This document shows, piece after piece, positions 38,164 through 47,247 of a DNA stretch of 64,000 nucleotides. The translations under genes and the position numbers were made by a program. The stretch comes from Bacteroidales bacterium (GTDB lineage Bacteria > Bacteroidota > Bacteroidia > Bacteroidales > UBA932): assembly GCA_045638645.1 (NCBI GenBank), contig JAZUBU010000015.1, positions 121,646 to 185,645 of the forward strand, written 5' to 3'. Positions within the stretch are counted from its first letter, which is position 1. Every line of letters begins with the position of its first letter. Below the pieces are notes generated by a model that made no database searches, was not told where the DNA came from, and saw only the letters and a program-made list of their open reading frames with translations.

Positions 38164-39063
38164 ATGAATCCTGTAACTAAAAAAATCTTGATGGAGATCA
38201 AGGCATACGTGATCATCACCTTGGGGTTGCTCTGCTATACCGGTGGTTGGTCCATCTTTTTGATCCCGAACAATCTGGTGGGTGGTGGCGTTTCCGGTAT
38301 CGGTGCTGTGATCCAGTACATGACCGGTTTCCCTGTCAGCTACTCCTTTTTTATCATCAACTTGATCCTGTTGCTGATTGCCCTGAAGATTCTGGGCAAG
38401 GGCTTCGGTATCAAAACGGTCTTTGCCATCATCGTCGCCTCGTTGGCCTATGAGATCTGGCCGATCATCATCCCGGATGAATTCATCCGTCAGATGTCAA
38501 GCAACGGTCACCTGCTTTGTACCATCATCGGTGGTGTCATGTCCGGTGTGGGGATTGGTATCACCTTTAACCAAGGCGGTAGTACTGGTGGAACCGATAT
38601 TGTGGTCTTGATGATCAACAAGTATTACAACATTTCTCCGGGTCGTCTCTTGTTGTTGCTGGATATCTTCATTGTTGCGTCCTCCTTGTTGGTTCCCACC
38701 GATCAAGGTATCGGAGCCCGCATGGCTACGTTGGTCTATGGCTATATCCTGATCTTTGTATGCGGCACTGCGTTGGATATGTTCCTCTCGGGTAGCAAAC
38801 AGTCCGTACAGATGTTCATTTTCTCTAAGAACTACGAAGTGATCGCGAACCGCATTACCCACGAGTTGCGTCGCGGTGTGACGGTGTTGGATGGAACCGG
38901 TTGGTTTACCAAGAAGCAAGGCAAGATCCTGTTGGTGATTGCCCGCAAAACGGAGATCAACTTTGTGATGCGCATTGTTCGTGAAGAGGATAAGGATGCA
39001 TTCCTGTCAACAGGGGCTGTTTCTGGGGTTTATGGTCAAGGTTTTGATCAAATCCGGAAATAG
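38164..39063 (+). CDS. YitT family membrane protein (DUF2179 C-terminal domain)
   Basis: 299 aa. Polytopic N-terminal part with GGVSGIG, followed by a DUF2179-like RGVTVLDGTGWFT. Confidence 0.8.
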   Translation: MNPVTKKILMEIKAYVIITLGLLCYTGGWSIFLIPNNLVGGGVSGIGAVIQYMTGFPVSYSFFIINLILLLIALKILGKGFGIKTVFAIIVASLAYEIWPIIIPDEFIRQMSSNGHLLCTIIGGVMSGVGIGITFNQGGSTGGTDIVVLMINKYYNISPGRLLLLLDIFIVASSLLVPTDQGIGARMATLVYGYILIFVCGTALDMFLSGSKQSVQMFIFSKNYEVIANRITHELRRGVTVLDGTGWFTKKQGKILLVIARKTEINFVMRIVREEDKDAFLSTGAVSGVYGQGFDQIRK

Positions 39064-39085
39064 TTCTGCCGTTTTGAGAGATCTA

Positions 39086-39093
39086 TATTTTTG
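39086..39093 (+). promoter_or_regulatory. -7 box TATTTTTG upstream of the AraC-type pair
   Basis: Exact match, 106 nt upstream of ATG 39200. Confidence 0.35.
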
Positions 39094-39157
39094 TAAATTT
39101 CTATAAAGAGCAAAATCTTTCGTACTTAGGCATTTATCGCATTTTCCATAGTTCAAA

Positions 39158-39175
39158 ATGTGTAATTTTACACAT
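39158..39175. promoter_or_regulatory. perfect 18-bp palindrome ATGTGTAA-TT-TTACACAT (operator candidate)
   Basis: Read directly from the sequence. It ends 24 nt upstream of ATG 39200. Confidence 0.5.
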
Positions 39176-39199
39176 CCCAAATCTTTGGAGGAATTATCG

Positions 39200-40093
39200 A
39201 TGATGCGACATTGGATATTGGAGGCGGGATTGCCGCAGTTGATTTGGGTAGCTGTCTATGGGGCAGCTGCCTTTTTTTCTTATCGTCGGTCCAGACAGAA
39301 GTGGACAGCGTATCCGCTCTGCTACTTGATGGGCTGTCTGTCTATGCTACTTGTCTTTTTGGTCGATTGTTTGCTGATGGATCTGGCTGCTTCGGAAGAT
39401 TATTGGAAGCGTTCTTTTCAGCAGGCTGTGTTGTTTGTGGCTTATCAGCTGCATTTGGGCCAGGTGATGCTTTCCGGGAAGGATCGTATTGTGAAACAAG
39501 TCCTGTTTGTGGGGGCAGGCGTGTACCTGTTGGTGAGTCTGTTTCTGCGCCTGCTTCCGTTTGGGGACTGGTTGTCGGTATTGGGGGCCATCTGGTTGCA
39601 CATGGGTCTCGTCCGGCATTTTATCCGATCCTCAGGTCGGGATCATGCAGATGCCTTGTCGTCTTTGGAGGCAAGCGAAGTCCGCTCCGAGATGTCGGTT
39701 GCTGCCTTTCGCTTCCGGCCCGAAGATTTTGATGCGGGCACAATCCCGGGGAAACTTCTGCGGCTGCTTCAGAATGAGAAACTGTATCTGAAGCCCAACC
39801 TGACGATCGATGAGGTTTCCCTGGAAGTCGGGACCAACCGCGCTTATCTCTCCAAATGTGTAAACATCGAGTTGCAAGTGAATTTTCGGGAATTGGTCAA
39901 TGCGTACCGCATCCAGGAGGCCATGGTCTTGTTTGAGGAGGACCCTAATTTGTCTTTGACGGATCTGTGTCAGCGGTGTGGATTCAATAATTATTCTTCG
40001 TTTACCTTTTCGTTCAAGTTGAATACCGGGCAGACCCCGGGCGAGTGGTGTAGGGAAGTGAAGCAACGGAAGCAAAATGAGAAAGAAGAATGA
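39200..40093 (+). CDS. membrane-anchored AraC-family (HTH_18) transcriptional regulator
   Basis: 297 aa from MMRHW. About five predicted TM helices precede a C-terminal AraC HTH (IDEVSLEVGTNRAYLSKCV...GFNNYSSFTFSFKLNTGQTPGEW). Confidence 0.7.
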   Translation: MMRHWILEAGLPQLIWVAVYGAAAFFSYRRSRQKWTAYPLCYLMGCLSMLLVFLVDCLLMDLAASEDYWKRSFQQAVLFVAYQLHLGQVMLSGKDRIVKQVLFVGAGVYLLVSLFLRLLPFGDWLSVLGAIWLHMGLVRHFIRSSGRDHADALSSLEASEVRSEMSVAAFRFRPEDFDAGTIPGKLLRLLQNEKLYLKPNLTIDEVSLEVGTNRAYLSKCVNIELQVNFRELVNAYRIQEAMVLFEEDPNLSLTDLCQRCGFNNYSSFTFSFKLNTGQTPGEWCREVKQRKQNEKEE

Positions 40094-40553
40094 GACATCA
40101 ACCGGCAAGCAACGGTTGAACCAATGGTGGAAATCGTTGATGGAATGGGGACATCCTCTGGAGGAGGATCCCGATGGAGTAAAGGAGAAGGAGTATGAGC
40201 GGATGCGGCAGCTCTTTTTGCGGGTGGATGAACAAGTACGCCGGGAGCGTTTGTATCTGATTCCGGAGATGAGCCTGGTTGAGATGGCGAGGAGGGTGGG
40301 GACCAACCGGACCTATCTTTCCAGGGCTATGTCCGTCTCAGGAGAGAAGTTCCGGGATTACCTGTTCCGGCTTAGAATGGAGGAGTTGGACCGTGTTCTG
40401 GAGGATGAAAACCGTCGGGCTTCTTTGGAACACCGGGACATTGATCTGTATTCGGTAGCCGGTTTTCGGGATGAACGTACGCTGAACCGACGACTGCTTC
40501 TGGAACGGGGAATTACGTATGGACAATTGATAAAAGGCAAGGACAATTCATGA
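40077..40553 (+). CDS. AraC-like HTH domain protein (no sensor domain)
   Basis: 158 aa. Overlaps the upstream gene by 17 nt. MSLVEMARRVGTNRTYLSRAM parallels the HTH of the upstream paralog. Confidence 0.55.
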   Translation: MRKKNETSTGKQRLNQWWKSLMEWGHPLEEDPDGVKEKEYERMRQLFLRVDEQVRRERLYLIPEMSLVEMARRVGTNRTYLSRAMSVSGEKFRDYLFRLRMEELDRVLEDENRRASLEHRDIDLYSVAGFRDERTLNRRLLLERGITYGQLIKGKDNS

Positions 40554-40585
40554 TTATTGACTATTTTTGCCCCAAATTGAGTATT

Positions 40586-42262
40586 ATGGCAGACGAGAAG
40601 ATTATTTTTTCAATGAATGGGGTCGGAAAGATTTTGCCCCATAACAACAGAGTCATTCTTAAAGATATTTATTTGTCGTTTTTCTATGGAGCCAAGATCG
40701 GTATCATTGGTTTGAACGGTTCCGGTAAATCCACTTTGATGAAAATCATCGCGGGTTTGGAAAAGTCTTACCAAGGAGAAGTGGTGTGGGCTCCGGGTTA
40801 TACCGTCGGTTACCTGGAACAGGAGCCGCAGTTGGATGAGGAAAAGACCGTTCGGGAAGTGGTAGAAGAAGGGGTTCAGGAGGTTGTGGATTTGCTGAAG
40901 GAGTACGAAGCGGTGAACCTGAAGTTCTGTGAGCCGTTGGAAGACGACGAGATGAACAAACTGATTGCCTACCAAGGTGAATTGACCGAGAAGATTGACC
41001 ACGTGGGCGGTTGGGACATCGATTCCAAACTGGAAAGAGCGATGGATGCGTTGCAATGCCCGGAACCGGATGCGCTGATCAAACATTTGAGCGGTGGAGA
41101 ACGTCGTCGTGTTGCTTTGTGCCGCCTGTTGCTTCGTGAACCGGATGTGTTGTTGTTGGACGAGCCGACCAACCACTTGGATACCGAAAGTATCCAATGG
41201 CTGGAAGCCCACTTGCAACAATACAAGGGTACCGTGATTGCGGTAACCCACGACCGTTACTTCCTGGACAATGTGGCCGGTTGGATTCTGGAACTCGACC
41301 GTGGAGAAGGTATTCCCTGGAAGGGCAACTATTCTTCCTGGTTGGATCAGAAGAGCAAACGATTGGCTCAGGAAGAAAAGCAGGAAAGCAAACGCCGCAA
41401 GACGTTGGAACGCGAGTTGGAATGGGTGCGTATGGCTCCGAAGGCCCGTCATGCAAAGTCCAAGGCCCGTTTGTCCGCTTACGAAAAGATGTTGAACGAG
41501 GACGGACGTCAAAAGGAAGAACGTTTGGAAATCTTCATCCCGAACGGTCCCCGTTTGGGTACCCATGTGATCGAGGCCAAGGATGTGACCAAAGGTTTTG
41601 GCGACCGCATTTTGTTTGAAGGCCTTGATTTCAAACTGCCCCAAGGGGGTATTGTGGGTGTCATTGGTCCGAACGGAGCCGGTAAGACGACGTTGTTCCG
41701 TCTGATCATGGGTATCGAGCAGGCCGACCGTGGAGAATTTACCGTGGGAGAGACCGTGAAGATCGCCTATGTGGACCAACAACACAAATCCATTGATCCG
41801 GACAAGACGGTTTATCAAACCATCGCGGATGATTCGGATTTTGTCCGTTTGGGAAACAAAGAGGTCAATGCGCGTGCGTATGTATCCCGTTTTAATTTCT
41901 CGGGAGCCGACCAGGAAAAGAAATGCGGTATCTTGAGTGGTGGTGAACGCAATCGTTTGCACCTGGCGTTGACCTTGAAAGAGGAAGCCAATGTGTTGTT
42001 GCTCGATGAGCCGACCAACGACGTGGACGTGAACACCATTCGTGCCTTGGAAGAAGGTTTGGAAAATTTCGCCGGTTGTGCGGTGGTCATTTCCCACGAC
42101 CGTTGGTTCCTGGATCGTATTGCAACCCACATTCTTGCCTTTGAAGGAGAGTCCAAAGTGTATTTCTTTGAAGGTTCTTATTCAGAGTACGAAGAGAACA
42201 AAAAAATGCGCCTGGGCAATGTAGAACCCAAGCGCTTCAAATACAAGAAACTCAAAGACTAA
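40586..42262 (+). CDS. ettA: energy-dependent translational throttle ABC-F ATPase
   Basis: 558 aa from MADEKIIFSM. Two ABC cassettes (GLNGSGKST, LSGGERRRVAL, GPNGAGKTT, LSGGERNRLHL) joined by the EttA-type linker. Confidence 0.92.
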   Translation: MADEKIIFSMNGVGKILPHNNRVILKDIYLSFFYGAKIGIIGLNGSGKSTLMKIIAGLEKSYQGEVVWAPGYTVGYLEQEPQLDEEKTVREVVEEGVQEVVDLLKEYEAVNLKFCEPLEDDEMNKLIAYQGELTEKIDHVGGWDIDSKLERAMDALQCPEPDALIKHLSGGERRRVALCRLLLREPDVLLLDEPTNHLDTESIQWLEAHLQQYKGTVIAVTHDRYFLDNVAGWILELDRGEGIPWKGNYSSWLDQKSKRLAQEEKQESKRRKTLERELEWVRMAPKARHAKSKARLSAYEKMLNEDGRQKEERLEIFIPNGPRLGTHVIEAKDVTKGFGDRILFEGLDFKLPQGGIVGVIGPNGAGKTTLFRLIMGIEQADRGEFTVGETVKIAYVDQQHKSIDPDKTVYQTIADDSDFVRLGNKEVNARAYVSRFNFSGADQEKKCGILSGGERNRLHLALTLKEEANVLLLDEPTNDVDVNTIRALEEGLENFAGCAVVISHDRWFLDRIATHILAFEGESKVYFFEGSYSEYEENKKMRLGNVEPKRFKYKKLKD

Positions 42263-43719
42263 CGAGTTTCTTCCAGCAGTTGTTCCAAGGTGAGGGTTGG
42301 GGTGAGTCCCAGTTCCTCACCTTTTTTTAGCATGAGGGGCAAGGTGGCCTGGATGCTGTTTTCAACTCCATCGTCCAGGATGGCATTTTTGATGTATTCC
42401 TTGATGGTTCCGATGGCGTGGCAAGGCGGAATGTTGAAAACGCGCATGATGAGCGCTCCGTCCACCGGTGGTTTGAAATTGCGGATGGCATCTTTCTCCT
42501 CAACTTCCACCAGCTTTTCGCGGACCAGTTCGAAGTTGCGTTTGTGCTTGCGGACCGTCATCTCATTCTTTGATGTGATGTCAGCTCCACAGAGCAACAT
42601 CAAATCGTCAATGTCATCTCCTGCGTCAAACAGCAGACGGCGAACGGCAGAATCGGTGACGGTATCCTGTACCAGGGCAATGGGTCGAAGGTGAAGGCCC
42701 ACCAGTTTCTGGACGTATTTCATTTTTTCGTTGAGGGGCAACTTCAGTTGTTTGAAGATGTCCGGAATCATCTTGGCTCCCAGAAATTCGTGGCTGTGGA
42801 AGGTCCATCCGATCCCCGGTTCGAATTTCTTGGTCCGGGGTTTGCCGATGTCGTGCAGCAGGGCGGCCCAACGCAACCAGAGGTCGTCGGATTGTTCGGC
42901 GACGTTGTCCAGGACTTGCAGGGAGTGTGAGAAGTTGTCTTTGTGTCCTTTCCCTTCTTGGGTTTCTACTCCTTTGAGCTGGCAGAGTTGCGGGAGGATG
43001 TGTTCCAACAGGCCGCTGTCGTAGAGCAGTTGAAAACCGTAGGAGGGTTTGGGGGCCAGCATGATCTTGTTCAATTCGTCGCAGATCCGTTCCTTGGAGA
43101 GGATGTGCAGGCGGTCAGCATTGCGCTGGATGGCTTCAAAGGATTCTGGAACGATCTGAAACTGGAGTTGGGTGGCAAACCGGATGGCTCGGATCATGCG
43201 AAGCGGGTCGTCGCTGTAGGTGATATCGGGATCCAACGGAGTCCGGATGAGTTTGGCTTCCAGATCTTGTTCTCCACCAAAAGGGTCAATGAGCTTGCCG
43301 AAGTCCTCGGTCTGTAGGCTGAAAGACATGGCGTTGATGGTAAAGTCGCGACGTTTTTGGTCCTCTTCCAGGGTTCCGGTTTCCACGATGGGATTGCGGG
43401 AGTCCGAGCGGTAGGATTCCTTGCGGGCACCGACGAATTCCACCTCCACGCCCCACTTTTTCAGCATGGCCGTTCCAAACCGTTTGAAGACGGAGACCTT
43501 GGTCTTCAGGCGGTTTGCGACTTGTTCCGCCAAGGCAATGCCACTGCCTTCGACGACCACGTCGATGTCTTTGCAAGGACGGCCCAACAGCGAGTCACGG
43601 ACGTATCCACCGATGGCGTAGGCCCGGACGCCGAGCTTTTGGGCTTCTTCGGAAACGATTTGGAATATCTGTTTGTCTTCTTTTCTCTCCAATGTTTTCA
43701 TAACAACAATCTTTTGCAA
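42259..43719 (-). CDS. CCA tRNA nucleotidyltransferase / poly(A) polymerase family protein with HD domain
   Basis: 486 aa (alternative start at 43701). Contains AIGGYVRDSLLGRPCKDIDVVV and RRDFTINAM, plus the HD region LLHDIGKP. Confidence 0.85.
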   Translation of the reverse strand: MQKIVVMKTLERKEDKQIFQIVSEEAQKLGVRAYAIGGYVRDSLLGRPCKDIDVVVEGSGIALAEQVANRLKTKVSVFKRFGTAMLKKWGVEVEFVGARKESYRSDSRNPIVETGTLEEDQKRRDFTINAMSFSLQTEDFGKLIDPFGGEQDLEAKLIRTPLDPDITYSDDPLRMIRAIRFATQLQFQIVPESFEAIQRNADRLHILSKERICDELNKIMLAPKPSYGFQLLYDSGLLEHILPQLCQLKGVETQEGKGHKDNFSHSLQVLDNVAEQSDDLWLRWAALLHDIGKPRTKKFEPGIGWTFHSHEFLGAKMIPDIFKQLKLPLNEKMKYVQKLVGLHLRPIALVQDTVTDSAVRRLLFDAGDDIDDLMLLCGADITSKNEMTVRKHKRNFELVREKLVEVEEKDAIRNFKPPVDGALIMRVFNIPPCHAIGTIKEYIKNAILDDGVENSIQATLPLMLKKGEELGLTPTLTLEQLLEETR

Positions 43720-43722
43720 CGG

Positions 43723-44130
43723 CTAGGGTTGCAGCATTTCTTCGTAGGTCGGACAAGTGTCTGTGAATACAAAACGGTTTTGGGCGGTATCCAGTTTGGC
43801 CACCCGGTAGCTTTGTCCATTGGTGAACAGCATGTATTTGACCCGCAGGTGCTGGTTGTAGCGAAGTCCCTGCTCCACGACGTTGCGGTCGATTGGAACG
43901 GAGGGGGCTTTGCATTCGGCCAACAGGACCGGTTGCAGATTGCGGTCGAAGATGACCAGATCTGCCCGGTAGGTCATCGGTCCGCATTGGAACCGGTATT
44001 CCGACATCATCCAGTTCAGGGAAACCCCTTTCTCCTGGTTCAGCCATTGTATCAATCCCTGGCGGACTTCTTCTTCGGGAGTCCGTGCGACCGGTTTGCG
44101 GCGAAGGGGATCGTATAATTTGGCATTCAT
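43723..44130 (-). CDS. type I restriction enzyme HsdR N-terminal domain-like (PD-(D/E)xK) protein, stand-alone
   Basis: 135 aa from MNAKLYDPLRRK. Contains ADLVIF...LLAECKAP, the D...ExK nuclease-fold motif. The 289-aa ORF-track version runs antisense into holA and was trimmed. Confidence 0.75.
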   Translation of the reverse strand: MNAKLYDPLRRKPVARTPEEEVRQGLIQWLNQEKGVSLNWMMSEYRFQCGPMTYRADLVIFDRNLQPVLLAECKAPSVPIDRNVVEQGLRYNQHLRVKYMLFTNGQSYRVAKLDTAQNRFVFTDTCPTYEEMLQP

Positions 44131-44146
44131 GCGAGAATCTTTCGTG

Positions 44147-44154
44147 CAAAGATA
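44147..44154 (-). promoter_or_regulatory. -7 box TATCTTTG for the HsdR_N-like gene / CCA enzyme operon
   Basis: Plus strand reads CAAAGATA, 16 nt upstream of the start at 44130. Confidence 0.45.
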
Positions 44155-44166
44155 GAAATTAGTTCG

Positions 44167-44174
44167 TACATTTG
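44167..44174 (+). promoter_or_regulatory. -7 box TACATTTG for holA (near-leaderless spacing)
   Basis: Exact match. Only 4 nt separate the final G from ATG 44179. Confidence 0.45.
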
Positions 44175-44178
44175 TCCT

Positions 44179-45213
44179 ATGGCAAAACAGGTAAAAGCAG
44201 ATACCCTTTCCGTTTTCAATCGTTTGAAGGCCGATGTGCTGGCCGGAAAGTTTGCGCCCATTTATTTGTTGATGGGGGAGGAGTCGTACTATGTGGATCA
44301 GTTGTGTGATCTCATCCAGGAGCATGCGCTGCAGCCGTACGAACGCGATTTCAACCAGACCATCATTTATGGCAACGAGACTACGGCCTTGAACATCGAA
44401 GCCTTGTGCAACCGGTTTCCGATGATGGCCGAACGTCAATTGGTGTTGGTGCGGGAGGCTCAGCAATTGAAGAAAATCGAGGATCTGGAGCCCTATGTCA
44501 TGAGCCCTTGTCCTACGACGGTCCTTGTGTTGGCGTTTTCGGGCAAGTCTGTTGACAAACGCTCCCGTTTCTCCAAAGTGCTGGTGGCTCACAGTGAAGT
44601 CCTGGAATCGAACAAGGTCAGTGAATGGAACCTGCCCCAGTGGATTGATCAGTATGCGACCTCATTGGGCAAACGGATGGATCCGAAGGCGGCCATGATG
44701 CTGGCGGACTATGCCGGGAATGATTTGCGGAAGCTGGCTTTGGAAATGGATAAATATACCCGGGCCATGCAGCCGGAGGAGGTCCTGATTACCGAGGAGA
44801 TTGTGGAGAAGAATACGGGTGTGAGCCGGGAATTCAATCCCATTGAACTGGGGGACGCTTTGGGGCAGGGACAAGCGCAACGGGCATTCCGCATCGCCCA
44901 TTACCTGATGGATTCTACCAAGATGCCTTTGGCTCCCATCACGGGTTACCTGTTTTATTTCTTTTATCGGCTGGAGCTGATCCAGGCCATTCGCCGGCAA
45001 CGGAACTGTTCGGTGGACGAGGCTGCGATGCAGGCGGGAATCCGCTATGCAAAACCTTTCCTGGCCGCTGCCCGGCGCTACTCGTTGGAGCAATGTTTCC
45101 GGATTCTGTATTTTATCCGGAATGCCGATCACAAAAGCAAAAGTAACCTCGGTGGTGAGGCTACGGATGCGGAATTGCTGGTCGAACTGATTGCTCAGAT
45201 TCTAGATGCGTAA
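44179..45213 (+). CDS. holA: DNA polymerase III subunit delta
   Basis: 344 aa. Contains FAPIYLLMGEESYYVD and the holA-type helical C-terminal domains. Confidence 0.9.
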   Translation: MAKQVKADTLSVFNRLKADVLAGKFAPIYLLMGEESYYVDQLCDLIQEHALQPYERDFNQTIIYGNETTALNIEALCNRFPMMAERQLVLVREAQQLKKIEDLEPYVMSPCPTTVLVLAFSGKSVDKRSRFSKVLVAHSEVLESNKVSEWNLPQWIDQYATSLGKRMDPKAAMMLADYAGNDLRKLALEMDKYTRAMQPEEVLITEEIVEKNTGVSREFNPIELGDALGQGQAQRAFRIAHYLMDSTKMPLAPITGYLFYFFYRLELIQAIRRQRNCSVDEAAMQAGIRYAKPFLAAARRYSLEQCFRILYFIRNADHKSKSNLGGEATDAELLVELIAQILDA

Positions 45214-45220
45214 GGTCTTT

Positions 45221-45823
45221 CTATTGGTGTAGATTCACCCCAATCAGGTTCATGAATTCAGCCCGGGTGCGCATGTCTTTGAGGAAGGCTCCGGTAAAGG
45301 CTGAAGTGGTGGTTACGGAGTGTTGTTTTTGGACACCGCGGATTTGCATGCACATGTGTGAGGCTTCAATGACTACGGCCACTCCCAGCGGGTTGAGGGT
45401 CTCTTGGATGCAGTCCCGAATTTGGACGGTCAGCCGCTCTTGGACCTGCAGGCGGCGAGCAAAACACTCTACGACGCGGGCCACTTTGCTCAAGCCGGTG
45501 ATGTAACCGTTGGGAATGTAGGCAACATGTGCCTTTCCATAAAACGGAAGCATGTGGTGTTCGCAGGTCGAGTACAATTCAATGTCTTTGACCAGTACCA
45601 TCTGACGGTAATCTTCTTTGAACATGGCGGAACGGAGGATTTCACTGCCGTCCATTTCGTAGCCTTGCGTCAGGAACTGAATGGATTTTGCGACCCGAAG
45701 GGGGGTTTTGAGGAGTCCTTCGCGTTCGGGGTCTTCGCCGATGAGTTCCAGGATGGCGCGGTAGTGTTCGGCCATCGCTTGGGTGGTTGCTTCGTCGTAT
45801 TGGTCAATTTTTCTGTATGCCAT
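45221..45823 (-). CDS. folE: GTP cyclohydrolase I
   Basis: 200 aa. Contains [20 protein letters not shown] and [15 protein letters not shown]. Confidence 0.95.
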   Translation of the reverse strand: MAYRKIDQYDEATTQAMAEHYRAILELIGEDPEREGLLKTPLRVAKSIQFLTQGYEMDGSEILRSAMFKEDYRQMVLVKDIELYSTCEHHMLPFYGKAHVAYIPNGYITGLSKVARVVECFARRLQVQERLTVQIRDCIQETLNPLGVAVVIEASHMCMQIRGVQKQHSVTTTSAFTGAFLKDMRTRAEFMNLIGVNLHQ

Positions 45824-45901
45824 AGCGGGATGGGGTTGTAGTCCAGTGTATAAAATGGCGACAATATTACGAAATATCCTTGATTGCCGCCAAATTATTC
45901 T

Positions 45902-45909
45902 TACATTTG
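45902..45909 (+). promoter_or_regulatory. -7 box TACATTTG for the ABC ATPase gene
   Basis: Exact match, 19 nt upstream of ATG 45929. Confidence 0.45.
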
Positions 45910-45928
45910 AGAATTAGAAAGTCTTGTT

Positions 45929-46630
45929 ATGAAACAGGTGTTGTGTGGTAGTGAAGTGGAGCTGACGGATCTTTGTAAATATTATCGTGTTGGAGAACAA
46001 CAAGTCCGTGCGTTGGATCATCTTTCTTTGTCCATTGGTAAAAATGAGTTTGTCGCCATCATGGGACCTTCGGGTTCCGGAAAATCGACCTTGATGAATA
46101 TCCTGGGATGTCTGGATACCCCGACTTCCGGCCGGTATGTCTTGCACGGTCAGGATACCAGTGGTTTGGACGAGAGTGCTTTGGCCAGGATCCGCAACCG
46201 GGAGATTGGTTTTGTCTTTCAGTCGTTCCATCTCTTGCCGGTTTATACGGCCCTTGAAAATGTCGCCCTGCCCTTGTATTACGCTGGGGTTGGCAAGCGG
46301 GAACGGTTGGAGCGGGCCGAGGAGGCTTTGATTCGTGTGGGTTTGCAGGAGCGGCTTCATCACAGGCCCCAGCAGTTGTCCGGAGGACAGTGCCAGCGCG
46401 TCGCTTTGGCACGGGCTTTGATAAACAATCCTTCCGTGATTCTTGCTGACGAGCCGACGGGTAACCTGGATACCCGGACTTCGTGTGAGGTGATGGAACT
46501 CTTCCAGCAGTTGCATGAACAGGGAAACACGTTGTTGTTGGTTACCCACGAGGAAACCATTGCGGCTTATGCACACCGCATGATCCGATTGTGCGATGGA
46601 CGTATCGAACAAGATTATAGAATACAGTAA
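45929..46630 (+). CDS. ABC transporter ATP-binding protein (MacB/LolD-like)
   Basis: 233 aa. Walker [10 protein letters not shown], signature [15 protein letters not shown] and Walker [12 protein letters not shown]. Confidence 0.9.
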   Translation: MKQVLCGSEVELTDLCKYYRVGEQQVRALDHLSLSIGKNEFVAIMGPSGSGKSTLMNILGCLDTPTSGRYVLHGQDTSGLDESALARIRNREIGFVFQSFHLLPVYTALENVALPLYYAGVGKRERLERAEEALIRVGLQERLHHRPQQLSGGQCQRVALARALINNPSVILADEPTGNLDTRTSCEVMELFQQLHEQGNTLLLVTHEETIAAYAHRMIRLCDGRIEQDYRIQ

Positions 46631-46655
46631 AAATAAATATATTAAGGAATTACTT

Positions 46656-47189
46656 ATGGCAATTTATACCAAAACAGGGGATCGGGGAACGACGGCCCTG
46701 GTCAGTGGAACCCGGATTTCAAAAGCGGACCCGCGCGTGTGTGCGTACGGGGATATGGATGAACTTATTTCGATGTTGGCCGTCTTGCGATGCTCACTTT
46801 CCGAGCAACACCAGCCCGTCTTGCGCAAGATTCAGGAAAACCTGATGTGGGCATCGGCTCATGTGGCGACGGAGAAGCCTGTGGACAAACTGAAGACTTT
46901 TTCGGATGATGAAATCATCGCTTTGGAGCACGAAATTGACCGGATGACGGCCGAAATTCCTCCCATGCGTTCCTTCGTTTTGCCGGGACAGCCTCGTGCC
47001 GCTGCCGAATGTCATCTGGCCCGGACCATCTGCCGGCGTGCTGAGCGCAGTGTCATTGCACTGGATGATTCGCGGGAAGAAGTGGTGCGTGCCGCGCGAT
47101 ATTTGAACCGTCTTTCGGATTATTTGTTCACATTGGCACGTTATCAACACGTTGAGTTAAATATTTCTGAAGATTTTTGGTTGCCGTAA
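46656..47189 (+). CDS. cob(I)yrinic acid a,c-diamide / corrinoid adenosyltransferase, PduO type
   Basis: 177 aa from MAIYTKTGDRGTT, the PduO-type ATR N-terminal signature. Confidence 0.9.
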   Translation: MAIYTKTGDRGTTALVSGTRISKADPRVCAYGDMDELISMLAVLRCSLSEQHQPVLRKIQENLMWASAHVATEKPVDKLKTFSDDEIIALEHEIDRMTAEIPPMRSFVLPGQPRAAAECHLARTICRRAERSVIALDDSREEVVRAARYLNRLSDYLFTLARYQHVELNISEDFWLP

Positions 47190-47201
47190 CTGATTTTTAT
47201 A

Positions 47202-47209
47202 TACCTTTG
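47202..47209 (+). promoter_or_regulatory. -7 box TACCTTTG for the DUF2795 gene
   Basis: Exact match, 38 nt upstream of ATG 47248. Confidence 0.45.
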
Positions 47210-47247
47210 CGGCCCTTTGTTAAATAAATAATTGATAGTAAGATATT

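Noticed and set aside
40610-42130. 506-aa minus-strand ORF antisense to ettA
   Set aside because: Shadow ORF opposite a highly conserved ABC-F gene, with no recognisable motifs.
44131-44592. N-terminal extension of the HsdR_N-like ORF (ORF-track call 43723-44592, 289 aa)
   Set aside because: The extension is antisense to holA and crosses both predicted promoter boxes. The conserved domain begins at the Met at 44130.
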